From assembly GCA_045863295.1 (NCBI GenBank), contig BTWA01000043.1, forward strand, positions 1-52,734: a stretch of 52,734 bases of DNA. The letters run 5' to 3'. The notes beneath the pieces were generated by a model. That model ran no database searches, was not told where the DNA came from, and saw nothing but the letters and a program-made list of their open reading frames with translations. Below are positions 28,419 to 37,818 of this stretch, one piece after another. This DNA is from Candidatus Hydrogenedentota bacterium (GTDB lineage: Bacteria > Hydrogenedentota > Hydrogenedentia > Hydrogenedentales > SLHB01). Made by a program: the position numbers and the translations under genes. How positions within the stretch are numbered: the first letter of the stretch is position 1; each line of letters opens with the position of its first letter.

Positions 28419-31400
28419 TCAATTCCGGGTAATGGTTTCGTGCAGATTCAGAAGTACCCGCGATACAGACGTCCAGGCCGCAACTTCCGAAGCCGTCAAT
28501 TCAACAGGCACGGCCTTGGCGCCGGTGCTGATGGCCGCACTTGCCTGCGCCACGTTCGCATCGAAATACGATCTGTGTTTGTCGAGCAATGCGGTCATTA
28601 CCGCAAACTCCGCCTCAGACGGAACTCGCGAGAGAACCCAACGATACGCCCAGGTCAGGCGCTCCACCGAGGAAACTCCTCCCTCGCGCACGATGCGTTC
28701 CGCAAACGCCCGCGCCGCTTCCACGTAAACCGGATCGTTCAACAATACCAGCGCCTGCAGCGGTGTATTCGACACCACGCGCTCCGCGGTGCATTCCTCC
28801 CGGCTCGGCGCATCGAAAGCAATCATGGCCGGATGTAGAAACGATCGCTGCCAATGCGTATACAATCCGCGCCGGTACAAATTGTCGCCCGAATCTTCTT
28901 CATACGTGCGTTTCGGAAAGTTTAGATTGTCGTAGTAGCCCTCGGGCTGGTACGGTCGAACGCTACGCCCCCCGATTGCCGGCACGAGCAACCCGCTCAC
29001 CGAAAGCGCATTGTCACGTACAAACTCCGCTTCCAACCGGATCCGCGACTGGCGCGCAACCAGACGGTTGTACGGATCGCGTTGCCGTAAGTCCAACGGT
29101 GCATCAGACGCTTGCCGGTACGTTGCAGACGTTGCTATCAATCGCACCATATGCTTGACGTCCCAACCGCCTTCTCGAAATTCAACCGCCAGCCAATCCA
29201 ACAATTCCGGATGCACCGGCCATTCGCCTTGCGCGCCCAAATCGTCAAGAACCTTGGAAATACCGGTGCCGAAAAACTGCTTCCACAAGCGATTCACAAA
29301 TACCCGTGCGGTCAAAGGATTTTCTGGCGAAACCAGCCAATTCGCCAAATCGAGCCGCGTTGCACGCCGGCCCTGCACGTTCAGCGGCGGCAATGAAGCT
29401 GGAATCGCCGGCTCCACAATTTCGCCGGATTCATCCAGCCAATTACCGCGAGGGAGGATGCGAATGGGGCGCGGTGGCACAGACCGAGTCACCAGCGTGC
29501 TCGCATAACGCCCCATATGATCGTCCAGCTGCTTCTGAACGCCCGCGATTTCCGCCCGAATAGCATTTAGTGTTGGAGACAGATTCCGATAATACAAATC
29601 AAGTTGCGCCGATTCCTCGGCAGTCCGTTGTAACTTTGCTTTCAGAACTATCGCATACAAGTGCTCTGCCAGCCCCGCCTCTTCAACCAGCTTCACCTCA
29701 GGCGACGTTGTAAGGGACAAACGGAATCGGCCTGCCGCACGCTTCACTTCCGGCGATTTGTGCACCATCTGCACGCGAAGAAGGCTGCCCGGCCCGGCAG
29801 CCAACGGCTGCTCAAAGGCAATAACCGCTACCGCCTTGGCCGCGCCCTTTTCCGGTGAATTAATTCGCCACTGCGTCTCTGCATTGCCGTCAATCGCCTG
29901 CGAAACCGGCTTGTCCGGCAATCCCTGGTTGGCCTCCGCCGATCGAAGGGTCACCGGCACAGGTTCGGTCTGGCCCGGCGCCACGTACGACACCGTGATC
30001 TCGTTTAGGATGACGTTGTCCCGTTCGCGCGTCAGCCCAAACGCAAAACTCGCGTCCGGCAATAATTCCAGGCGCACACCCGTTATGTTCTGTCGCGACG
30101 TCGGCAAGTCAACCGTATAGGTCTCGGCAAACGGTATCTCTTCCCTGGCCAGTATGGAAAAATCATCAAGCAGCGCAAGTGACGCCCCCGCTTCAGACGT
30201 GAACGAACTCGGTTTTACCGGTTGCCACCCGGTTCCACCAGTCGCGGCAACGTCCTCTCGAATCGAGGCCTCCCAAGCATCGCGCTCGTACCACAATCCA
30301 TTACCGGCTACGGCTAGTTCGCGCTCCAATTCAGCAAGAGCTACCCGGTATTCGCCTTCCTTGGCTCGCTCGTCGGCCGTGGGAAGCGGCAGGGTAGGTA
30401 GCCACTGACTCCGCCCAGGATACACGCCCACCTCGTCTATATCCGCAAAGAAGGCTTCCAGACTGTAAAAATCCCGCGTCGTATAGGGATCGAATTTATG
30501 GTCATGGCATTCCGCGCATCCCATCGTTACACCCAGCCAAACGGACGACAGCGCCCGGACTCGATCCGCCGCATACTTCGCGAGATACTCCTTCTCTTGC
30601 GCGCCTCCCTCCGCGGTAATTTGATTCATCCGGTTGAAGCCCGATGCCACCCGCTGTTCAATCGTCGCATCGGGCAACAAATCGCCCGCCAGTTGCTCTC
30701 TCGTGAATTGGTCATACGGCTTGTTTTCGTTAAATGCCTTTATGACATAGTCCCGGTAAGGATAGACGCTCCGCTCTTCATCGGAGTGGTAACCATTGGA
30801 ATCGGCGTAGCGCACTTGGTCCAGCCAATTTACCGCCATTCGCTCGCCGTACGCAGGCGAGCCCAATAGTCGATCAACAAGCCGCTCGTAGGCATCATGC
30901 GACGTATCGGACACAAACGAATCCACTTCCGAGGGCGTAGGCGGCAAGCCAATCAAATCGAAACTGACCCGCCGAATCAGCGTTACACGATCGGCTTCAT
31001 TCGCAGGTGACAACCCACGACGCGCAAGTTCCGCGAGAATAAAACGATCAATGTCGTTGCGCGCCCATCCCTCTGCCATTTCCTTCGCAGACACCCGCTT
31101 GGGAGCAATCCATGCCCAATGGGGTTCGTACTCAGCCCCTTGCGCAATCCAACGCTCCAACAATGCTATCTGTTCAGGCGTTACCGTACGTTCAGAACTC
31201 GCCGGCGGCATTCGCTCGGCCGGGTCCTCATGCCGCATGCGGCGCACAATCTCGCTCGCCCCTGGATCCCCGGCAACTATGGAACGAACGCCGTTGCGCT
31301 CCGCCAACGCATTCTCGCGAACGTCAAGTCTGAGGTCTGCCTTACGCTGATTCTTGTCCGGACCATGGCACATATAGCAGGAATTGGACAGAATTGGACG

Positions 31401-31538
31401 GACATGCTTATTGAACTCCACCACATCCGGCAGCGACGGCTCGGCCGGTGGCACCTGGGCCAACGAGGTAACGCTCAAAAATAAAACAAAAACACACCGA
31501 AGATATAACCATGCCCTGTTCGCATTGGAAAAACGCAT
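28419..31538 (-). CDS. PSD1/planctomycete cytochrome c protein (PSCyt1 + DUF1549 + DUF1553)
   Basis: FN..VRPILS..CYMCHGPD, WLD.VRYADS.G, CAECHDHKFDP, NPLTARV.VNR.W, HPELLDWLA, TPLQAL.LLND and LNL.E.ITR. Confidence 0.92.
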   Translation of the reverse strand: MRFSNANRAWLYLRCVFVLFLSVTSLAQVPPAEPSLPDVVEFNKHVRPILSNSCYMCHGPDKNQRKADLRLDVRENALAERNGVRSIVAGDPGASEIVRRMRHEDPAERMPPASSERTVTPEQIALLERWIAQGAEYEPHWAWIAPKRVSAKEMAEGWARNDIDRFILAELARRGLSPANEADRVTLIRRVSFDLIGLPPTPSEVDSFVSDTSHDAYERLVDRLLGSPAYGERMAVNWLDQVRYADSNGYHSDEERSVYPYRDYVIKAFNENKPYDQFTREQLAGDLLPDATIEQRVASGFNRMNQITAEGGAQEKEYLAKYAADRVRALSSVWLGVTMGCAECHDHKFDPYTTRDFYSLEAFFADIDEVGVYPGRSQWLPTLPLPTADERAKEGEYRVALAELERELAVAGNGLWYERDAWEASIREDVAATGGTGWQPVKPSSFTSEAGASLALLDDFSILAREEIPFAETYTVDLPTSRQNITGVRLELLPDASFAFGLTRERDNVILNEITVSYVAPGQTEPVPVTLRSAEANQGLPDKPVSQAIDGNAETQWRINSPEKGAAKAVAVIAFEQPLAAGPGSLLRVQMVHKSPEVKRAAGRFRLSLTTSPEVKLVEEAGLAEHLYAIVLKAKLQRTAEESAQLDLYYRNLSPTLNAIRAEIAGVQKQLDDHMGRYASTLVTRSVPPRPIRILPRGNWLDESGEIVEPAIPASLPPLNVQGRRATRLDLANWLVSPENPLTARVFVNRLWKQFFGTGISKVLDDLGAQGEWPVHPELLDWLAVEFREGGWDVKHMVRLIATSATYRQASDAPLDLRQRDPYNRLVARQSRIRLEAEFVRDNALSVSGLLVPAIGGRSVRPYQPEGYYDNLNFPKRTYEEDSGDNLYRRGLYTHWQRSFLHPAMIAFDAPSREECTAERVVSNTPLQALVLLNDPVYVEAARAFAERIVREGGVSSVERLTWAYRWVLSRVPSEAEFAVMTALLDKHRSYFDANVAQASAAISTGAKAVPVELTASEVAAWTSVSRVLLNLHETITRN

Positions 31539-31637
31539 CGAATCACCTTTGCACCACTTCGCTTCCAGCCAGGACGCTGGACCGCGGCTCCAAGCCCGAT
31601 TCTAATGAGCCCCTGCGACGGGGTCAAATCCCATGCG

Positions 31638-32675
31638 TCATGGCTCGACAAGGCCAAGCGAATTGCCGCGGTAACCCACTACCGTTGTTCCGCGATGATC
31701 GCCTCGGTCCAAAACAAATACCTTGTCACGATCCTGTGTAATCGTAACGCGAACCGGCGGAGCCGTTCCCCCTTCGTCAATCGTGACTCGCGCAAAATTC
31801 GGCGAGTCGGAAAACGCCGGCGCCTGCGGATTCCACACGTGCGCGTCGCCGTTGATATAAAGCGTCGGAATTTCTGAGGATGTCGTCAAGTGAGTCAACT
31901 CGCTCACAAAGTATGCGTACGATTCGTTGTCGCGCGGCTGTTTGGTCACACCTTTGGCAATCGTGGCGTGACCAAACACAACCATGGCCTTGGGACGCTC
32001 CGGCCGGGACTCCACGGCCTCCCGTATGAGGGAAACCGCATTTTCCACCAAGTACCGGTATTTCGCGGAGTTCTCCGCGCTGAACCCAACGAGGTTGATG
32101 CCAACAAACAAAACGCCGTTTTGAATGAAATGAAAACCAAAATCCTCCGGTGACGCCGCGCCGCGCCGCATTACCGGCAACTCAGTGCCCCAAAGTTCGT
32201 CATACGCCGCAAAGTATTCGTGCCATAGCTTCCAGGCCGCGTCCGGATCGTCGCAGTCGTTCCATTCATTGTCGCCGGGAATGATAAACACCGGCTTTTT
32301 CGATCCGCGAAGCAGCGACCAGGTTTTCAAAAAAAACGCCTCTTCGCAAGGCCAGGACGCGCCCCGCTTGATATCCCCCACGTGCACGACAAAACTCGCG
32401 TGCGGATCGCCGTTCGTCCCTACAAGATGCCGGGCAATGTGATGTTCCTCCGCGCGGAGAAAATCGAAATAGGCCCGGTCGCCTTCCGGCAACTCCTCCG
32501 GCGTCTTGATGTGATACGGCACGTCACCCATTACATAAAATGACACAAGGTCTCCAGGGGTTACCTGGGATGCAGTGGGCCAGACCGGTACCTGTGAAAA
32601 CGCGGGTGCGGTGCATATTGCGACCGCACCCGCCACACAAAAGTACATAGCCTTGCCGAAGCTGAATGCTTTCAT
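31638..32675 (-). CDS. secreted calcineurin-like metallophosphoesterase
   Basis: Metal-ligand motifs GDVPY, HVGDIK, PGDNEW, FGHA and GDAH. Confidence 0.8.
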   Translation of the reverse strand: MKAFSFGKAMYFCVAGAVAICTAPAFSQVPVWPTASQVTPGDLVSFYVMGDVPYHIKTPEELPEGDRAYFDFLRAEEHHIARHLVGTNGDPHASFVVHVGDIKRGASWPCEEAFFLKTWSLLRGSKKPVFIIPGDNEWNDCDDPDAAWKLWHEYFAAYDELWGTELPVMRRGAASPEDFGFHFIQNGVLFVGINLVGFSAENSAKYRYLVENAVSLIREAVESRPERPKAMVVFGHATIAKGVTKQPRDNESYAYFVSELTHLTTSSEIPTLYINGDAHVWNPQAPAFSDSPNFARVTIDEGGTAPPVRVTITQDRDKVFVLDRGDHRGTTVVGYRGNSLGLVEP

Positions 32676-32696
32676 GCGGCTCAGGCTTTCCTTAGT

Positions 32697-33371
32697 TTAG
32701 TTTTTGCTGGTAATCGGTTTAATGCGAATGTTGCGCCAGGCCACCTCAAACGGACCGCGATCGCCAACACCATGTACCTGAAGTCCAATGAAGCCCTTCG
32801 GATGGGTTACGAATTTGGCTTCATCCACCAGATCCTCAACCGGATTTCCATTAATCCACGTCTGAATCCGGGGACCTTGCGCAACGATGCGGTAACTGTT
32901 CCATTCTCCGTCTTTGAAGTGCTCGTGCCGCGCCCGCTTGTCATCGGCGGACATCCATCCCCCACACGCCTCGCCGTAAATAAATCCCGAAAGCGCCCCC
33001 GCGGCCGTCGCTTCAATCTCCACTTGCGGCCCGTTCACACGGCCCACCGTTTCGCCCTCTTTCGGTTCCGCTGTCTGCGACCGGATCTGAACCCCGGAAT
33101 TCAATCCCGCATCGTACAGCTTGACGTCAAACTCCAGCTCAAAGTCGCCATACAACTCCTTCGAGCAAAGAAATGAATTCGGGCTATCCTTCTCCGTCTT
33201 TCCAACAATCGCCCCGTCTTCAACACGATATGTCGCCAAGCCGTTCTTCTGTTCCCATCCGTCCAGCGTCTTTCCATCAAACAGCGTGATCCAGCCGTCC
33301 TCCGCCCCAACAGCGCCAATCGACGCCGCTATTCCGATTCCCAATACTGCTGCAAATCCCAAGTGTCGCAT
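32697..33371 (-). CDS. DUF1080 (3-keto-disaccharide hydrolase-like) protein
   Basis: LFDGKTLDGW, YGDFELE, NSGVQIRS, WN.YRI and G.IGLQVH. Signal peptide. Confidence 0.9.
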   Translation of the reverse strand: MRHLGFAAVLGIGIAASIGAVGAEDGWITLFDGKTLDGWEQKNGLATYRVEDGAIVGKTEKDSPNSFLCSKELYGDFELEFDVKLYDAGLNSGVQIRSQTAEPKEGETVGRVNGPQVEIEATAAGALSGFIYGEACGGWMSADDKRARHEHFKDGEWNSYRIVAQGPRIQTWINGNPVEDLVDEAKFVTHPKGFIGLQVHGVGDRGPFEVAWRNIRIKPITSKN

Positions 33372-33623
33372 GATGTCCCGCCCTTTCTGGCTCATCGGCC
33401 GCGCACCCAAAGTTCGCACGGCCAGCTACGCCATTGTAATCGGAATGCCAAGAAGAATGAAGGGCCGGCTTTCCCCAATACTCACGTGCGTCGCCCGTTG
33501 TGCATGCAAAATGGTATGCTTGCCGCTCTGCCGGATTCGACAGGCTCGCGAACGGCCTGCGTGACGCTCGCCTGCCATCGAAATGGCTCAAAACCGGGAT
33601 TGCCGCCAAGAAGGAGAAATGCA

Positions 33624-34481
33624 ATGTCTCGCCGACCGTACGTTGTTTGCCTGCTCGCCCTGTTGGCATTGGGTCCAACCCTGAGCGCCCACGCAAAATC
33701 GCGTGAGCCCAAGATCAAAGAATGGTCCAAGATGGAGAAGAACGATAAGGGTGAAATGGAAGAAGTCTTTTACATGACCATCGACGGCATTATGGTTCAC
33801 GAGACCGACCCGTCGATTGTTCCTCCGCCTCCCATCGTAACACCCGGCGCTGTACCCGGCGCTCCTCCATCCGACGCCATCGTACTATTCGACGGCACCG
33901 ATTTATCCAATTGGATGTCCAACGACGAAAATGAACCCACCAAGTGGATCGTTCAAAATGGCGCGCTCTCTCCCACTCCGAAGTCCGGCATCATTCGCAC
34001 GAAACAGGAATTCGGCTCCTGCCAGCTTCACGTGGAGTGGGCCTCCCCACAAACGGTCGAAGGCGACGGACAGGGACGTGGCAATAGCGGCGTATTTCTC
34101 ATGGGACGCTATGAAGTGCAGGTTCTCGATTCCTACGAAAACACGACCTACTTCGACGGGCAAGCGGGCGCGTTATACGGCCGAAAGCCTCCGCTGGTCA
34201 ACGCCTGCCGTAAACCCGGTGAATGGCAAACCTACGACATCATCTTTCATCGCCCCGAATTCAGCAAACGCGGCAAAGTGACCAAGAAAGCCACCTTCAC
34301 CGTCTTCCATAACGGAGTGCTCATTCACGATCACGTCGAACTCACCGGCGGCACAGGATGGCGGGGTCCCCACTCCATCACAAAGTACGTCGCCCACGGC
34401 GACAAAGGGCCCATTGCGCTCCAGGACCACGGCAACCCCGTCGTGTTCAGAAACATCTGGATTCGCGAATTGAAAGACTGA
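33624..34481 (+). CDS. DUF1080 (3-keto-disaccharide hydrolase-like) protein
   Basis: PPSDAIVLFDG, QLHVEW, GNSGVF..G.YEVQVLDS, GEWQTYDI.F and LQDHGNPV.FRNIW. AAGGAG RBS. Confidence 0.9.
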   Translation: MSRRPYVVCLLALLALGPTLSAHAKSREPKIKEWSKMEKNDKGEMEEVFYMTIDGIMVHETDPSIVPPPPIVTPGAVPGAPPSDAIVLFDGTDLSNWMSNDENEPTKWIVQNGALSPTPKSGIIRTKQEFGSCQLHVEWASPQTVEGDGQGRGNSGVFLMGRYEVQVLDSYENTTYFDGQAGALYGRKPPLVNACRKPGEWQTYDIIFHRPEFSKRGKVTKKATFTVFHNGVLIHDHVELTGGTGWRGPHSITKYVAHGDKGPIALQDHGNPVVFRNIWIRELKD

Positions 34482-34571
34482 ACAGAGGCTGTGCCATACC
34501 AATCTAAAGGGATAATCAATGAATTCAAGCGGACTTGTGCGCCCTTGAAGCAATCAGCTTGCGTGTGAATG

Positions 34572-34629
34572 CCCCAAGGGGATGCGCCCAAAACCATCAG
34601 GCCAGGAGTTATGGGCGCGCCCTTTGGGG
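34572..34629. repeat. imperfect inverted repeat (bidirectional terminator or REP-like) between convergent genes
   Basis: CCCCAAGGGGATGCGCCCA ... TGGGCGCGCCCTTTGGGG. Confidence 0.5.
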
Positions 34630-34679
34630 ACCTGTTAAGTCCCTTCGAACGAAACCGCGCGCCAACTTGCGACCCGGAT

Positions 34680-35573
34680 TCAAGGGCTGGACCAAAAGAG
34701 AAACATGCGGGGATGCAGGCAATACATCCGGTAGCGCTCGCCGTCATGCACAAGAAATCCGCTGGAATGATTGGCGCCTATCACTGGATTCCCCGCATAC
34801 TTTTTCCAATGAATCAAATCATCGGATACGGCAATGTTCATCGTCCATTGGTCTTTGCCATTTTCCGGACAGGTGGCATGATAGTAAGCGTAATAGCGGT
34901 CGCCGGATTTGATGACCTGATTCATCGCGATCATCGTGCGGTCGTACAGTTCGGGTCCACGGCGAATGACCGGTTCGTCCTGAACATTCGTCCATGTCGC
35001 CAAGTCGTTTGACGTTGCGAGCCAGATAGCCTCGTCTTCCCGCTCGTAGAAGAGATACCAGGTCCCTTGCTCGAAGTATACCGAAGGCGTTCCAAATGGA
35101 CCCGGTGGCAAAGGTGTTCCATTCGACAACCGCACATCCAGCCTCCCCTCCCAAGTCCAATGCACACGATCGCGTGATGTTAAAAGCTGTGCCTCGTCGT
35201 TTGCCCCTTCCGCAAACATGTAATAGGTCTCGCCCTGTTTCAAAACCATCATATCCTCAACCCAACGTTCGGAATAGATCGGGTTGTCCGGATGACGTGT
35301 CCAGGCAATACCATCAGAAGACGTGGCATAACCCAGATGTTTCTCGCTGTAGTTGCCCGGTGCATAGCCGGTGTACCACAAATGATAGGTATCTCCTTCC
35401 TTGAGGATCCACCCACGTTCGCGTATCGCCTCGTCCCAGGTCCCCGGTCCTCCCCCCTCAAATAGCGGGTTTGCCGCATACGGTCTAAACGAGATCAACT
35501 CGGCTGGGAATAAAGCACCACCCGCAGCCGCCGACACCAACGGCATCAAAATGCCAACAGCAATCAAAGACAT
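34680..35573 (-). CDS. secreted five-bladed beta-propeller glycosidase-like protein (GH43/32/130-like fold)
   Basis: Repeated NP.., Y.LWY, GYATS.DG..W and S.DL..W blades. GGAG RBS before ATG 35573. Confidence 0.8.
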   Translation of the reverse strand: MSLIAVGILMPLVSAAAGGALFPAELISFRPYAANPLFEGGGPGTWDEAIRERGWILKEGDTYHLWYTGYAPGNYSEKHLGYATSSDGIAWTRHPDNPIYSERWVEDMMVLKQGETYYMFAEGANDEAQLLTSRDRVHWTWEGRLDVRLSNGTPLPPGPFGTPSVYFEQGTWYLFYEREDEAIWLATSNDLATWTNVQDEPVIRRGPELYDRTMIAMNQVIKSGDRYYAYYHATCPENGKDQWTMNIAVSDDLIHWKKYAGNPVIGANHSSGFLVHDGERYRMYCLHPRMFLFWSSP

Positions 35574-35732
35574 TTTCAGCACTCCAAACCGTGTACGTCA
35601 CCCAACCAGTCTAGACAATGGACAATCTAAAATCTCGTTTGCTCGCTTGCGCGATCAAAAGCTCCGGATTACAATCAATTCGGTGACAAAAGGTGGCAAT
35701 TCCAATGGCACGCTTGCGTGTGGAGAATCCCA

Positions 35733-36716
35733 ATGCGGCACTTCCTACCTGTGGCATTGCTCTCGACGCTTGTCGGCCTGTCGGCCAACGCTCAGGCCGC
35801 GGTGGATATTTCGCAGACGATCCCCAAAGGCCTGCGGTTTATGGAAGAAAAATCACTTGCATGGAAGGAAAAAATGGGCTGCGCCTCGTGCCATCACGTG
35901 CCCATGATGCTCTGGAGCGCATACGAAGCAAAAAAGCACGGCTACGAAGTGAAAGAATCCGTTGTGGAATCCATGCGTGCATGGGTTCTCCAAGATGACA
36001 ATGCTTCCGGAGTATTTCCTCCCAAGGAATCGCCACCGGATCGCGATGGCACCCAAATCGCCTCCATCTATGTATTGCACGCCCTCGAAGCTGGACCCGG
36101 CGGCTGGGAAGATTCATCATTTGCCAAACAAACCGCGGAACACTTTCTTGCTCTCCAACAACCCGATGGTTCCTGGCCTCCGTTTCCGTCATCCGGCCGC
36201 TCTCCCATCTTGGAAGGGAATGGAATCAGCACTCGGTTTTTACTGGCTGCATTGGCCGCACTGCCGGGCCGCGCAACGGATCCCAACGTGGCAACGGCTG
36301 TCGACAAGGCCGCCCTAGCCGTCTCCGCCATGACACCGATCTCTCACCAAGCCAAAGTACTTCAATTGCTGGCAGAGGTAAGAACCGGCGCGGACGACTC
36401 TTCAATCCAGGCGCACGTCGCAAAGATTCTGGCAATGCAACGCGTTGACGGCAGTTGGGCGCAAACACCGGAAATGTTTGGCGACGCGTACGCCACCGGG
36501 CAAACCTTGTACGCACTCGCGCAAACAGGCGTAAAGGTAGACCATCCTGCAATTAAGCGCGCGGCCCGGTTTCTCGTCGAATCACAATCGGAAGACGGCT
36601 CTTGGCCTATGATCTCCCGCCCAATAGAGGCGGGAGGACGAGAAGCTCACAATCTCGAACCCATCGTCGCCATGGCGACAGGCTGGGCGCTCCTGGGGTT
36701 GCTCGCGGTATCGTAA
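35733..36716 (+). CDS. secreted prenyltransferase/squalene-cyclase-like alpha-barrel repeat protein
   Basis: Three Q..DGSW repeats, DAYATGQ.LYAL and an N-terminal CASCHH. No DxDD. Signal peptide. Confidence 0.8.
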   Translation: MRHFLPVALLSTLVGLSANAQAAVDISQTIPKGLRFMEEKSLAWKEKMGCASCHHVPMMLWSAYEAKKHGYEVKESVVESMRAWVLQDDNASGVFPPKESPPDRDGTQIASIYVLHALEAGPGGWEDSSFAKQTAEHFLALQQPDGSWPPFPSSGRSPILEGNGISTRFLLAALAALPGRATDPNVATAVDKAALAVSAMTPISHQAKVLQLLAEVRTGADDSSIQAHVAKILAMQRVDGSWAQTPEMFGDAYATGQTLYALAQTGVKVDHPAIKRAARFLVESQSEDGSWPMISRPIEAGGREAHNLEPIVAMATGWALLGLLAVS

Positions 36717-36730
36717 CCACAGCAGTGCGA

Positions 36731-37624
36731 CTACTTCTTGTCCAGGTTTGCTTTCATTTCCGCATCCGTCGGCGTTGTCGACACAACACCATCTTCTGGG
36801 ACTTCGATCTTGGCCGCCCAGGCAATCGCATTTAATACTGTCTTGCGGAAATTGTCGTCCTGCCAATTCTCATGGTGATGACCGCCCGTAAATCCAAACC
36901 CGCGGCCACCGTTCGGACGCTCGAAAGCCCACGCCACATGCTGCGCCTCGCCAGCCGCAATCGCTTCGCGTACCGCCGGATTGCCGCTGTGCGGACCATC
37001 CGGACGCGACAACGATTCTTTGGGCGGCATCGCAGTAAGGATGGGCGTCACATTCGTCATATCCTCCGGAAACCGCATGTGGTAATACCACTCGTCATAA
37101 ATTGTGAACGGTTTCACCCCTCGCGTGATGGGATGTTCGGGTAACTTTTCGAACGAAGCGTCCCAATGCGGGTTCACGGACCAATGCTGCTCAAAATAGC
37201 CACCGATCCATTGGTGAAACTTCTCCCCGGCAGGACCCTTGGGAACCTCCACCGCATAGTGGATGCACACCAGCCCAACGCCACGGTCCATAAGTTCCTG
37301 CACCTTGTCTACGTGCGGATGAACATAATGCCCGTCACCCCCATCGCAGTACATCACGACCGCCGACACACCGTCGAATTTGCTCTCGTCCTCAGGCCAG
37401 CCGTAATAGGTGACTTCCGCTTCAACATTGGAAAGCCCTTCTTCCAGACCCTTCTCCAACAGCATGCATCCCGCGCGATGCTCGTGATCTCCGGAATCGT
37501 GACTCGGACTGCCCGCAATCAGCAATATCTTGGTTTTTCCGTTGGTGTCCGGCGTGGCCGTCGGCTGACCATAACCAAGGACGACTCCCGAAAACATACA
37601 AAGACTGGCTATCCAAAAGCGCAT
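36731..37624 (-). CDS. secreted ThuA-domain protein
   Basis: ILLIAG..SH..G.HEH.AGC, G.VCIHYAVE, HPITRGV.PF...DEWY and GRGFGFTGGH.H.NW. Confidence 0.88.
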   Translation of the reverse strand: MRFWIASLCMFSGVVLGYGQPTATPDTNGKTKILLIAGSPSHDSGDHEHRAGCMLLEKGLEEGLSNVEAEVTYYGWPEDESKFDGVSAVVMYCDGGDGHYVHPHVDKVQELMDRGVGLVCIHYAVEVPKGPAGEKFHQWIGGYFEQHWSVNPHWDASFEKLPEHPITRGVKPFTIYDEWYYHMRFPEDMTNVTPILTAMPPKESLSRPDGPHSGNPAVREAIAAGEAQHVAWAFERPNGGRGFGFTGGHHHENWQDDNFRKTVLNAIAWAAKIEVPEDGVVSTTPTDAEMKANLDKK

Positions 37625-37818
37625 TGCCCGACCTCCAAAATGACTTGCCACCGGACAGAGTGTACAGGTTCTTCACCACGCCAAGAAAGCGAAGCATGAG
37701 ACAAAATGTGAGTCGAGAAACTCCGCCCCGGGGACTCTGCCCACCTTACCGCGCCTTTCTGTTATCATCATGCCTCTTCTGAACGGGCAACTGATGAATG
37801 CATGGAGTGTGCCGCAAC

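Noticed and set aside
35706..35717. TGGCACGCTTGC as a sigma54 promoter
   Set aside because: Only 2 nt between TGGCAC and TTGC; sigma54 needs 5.
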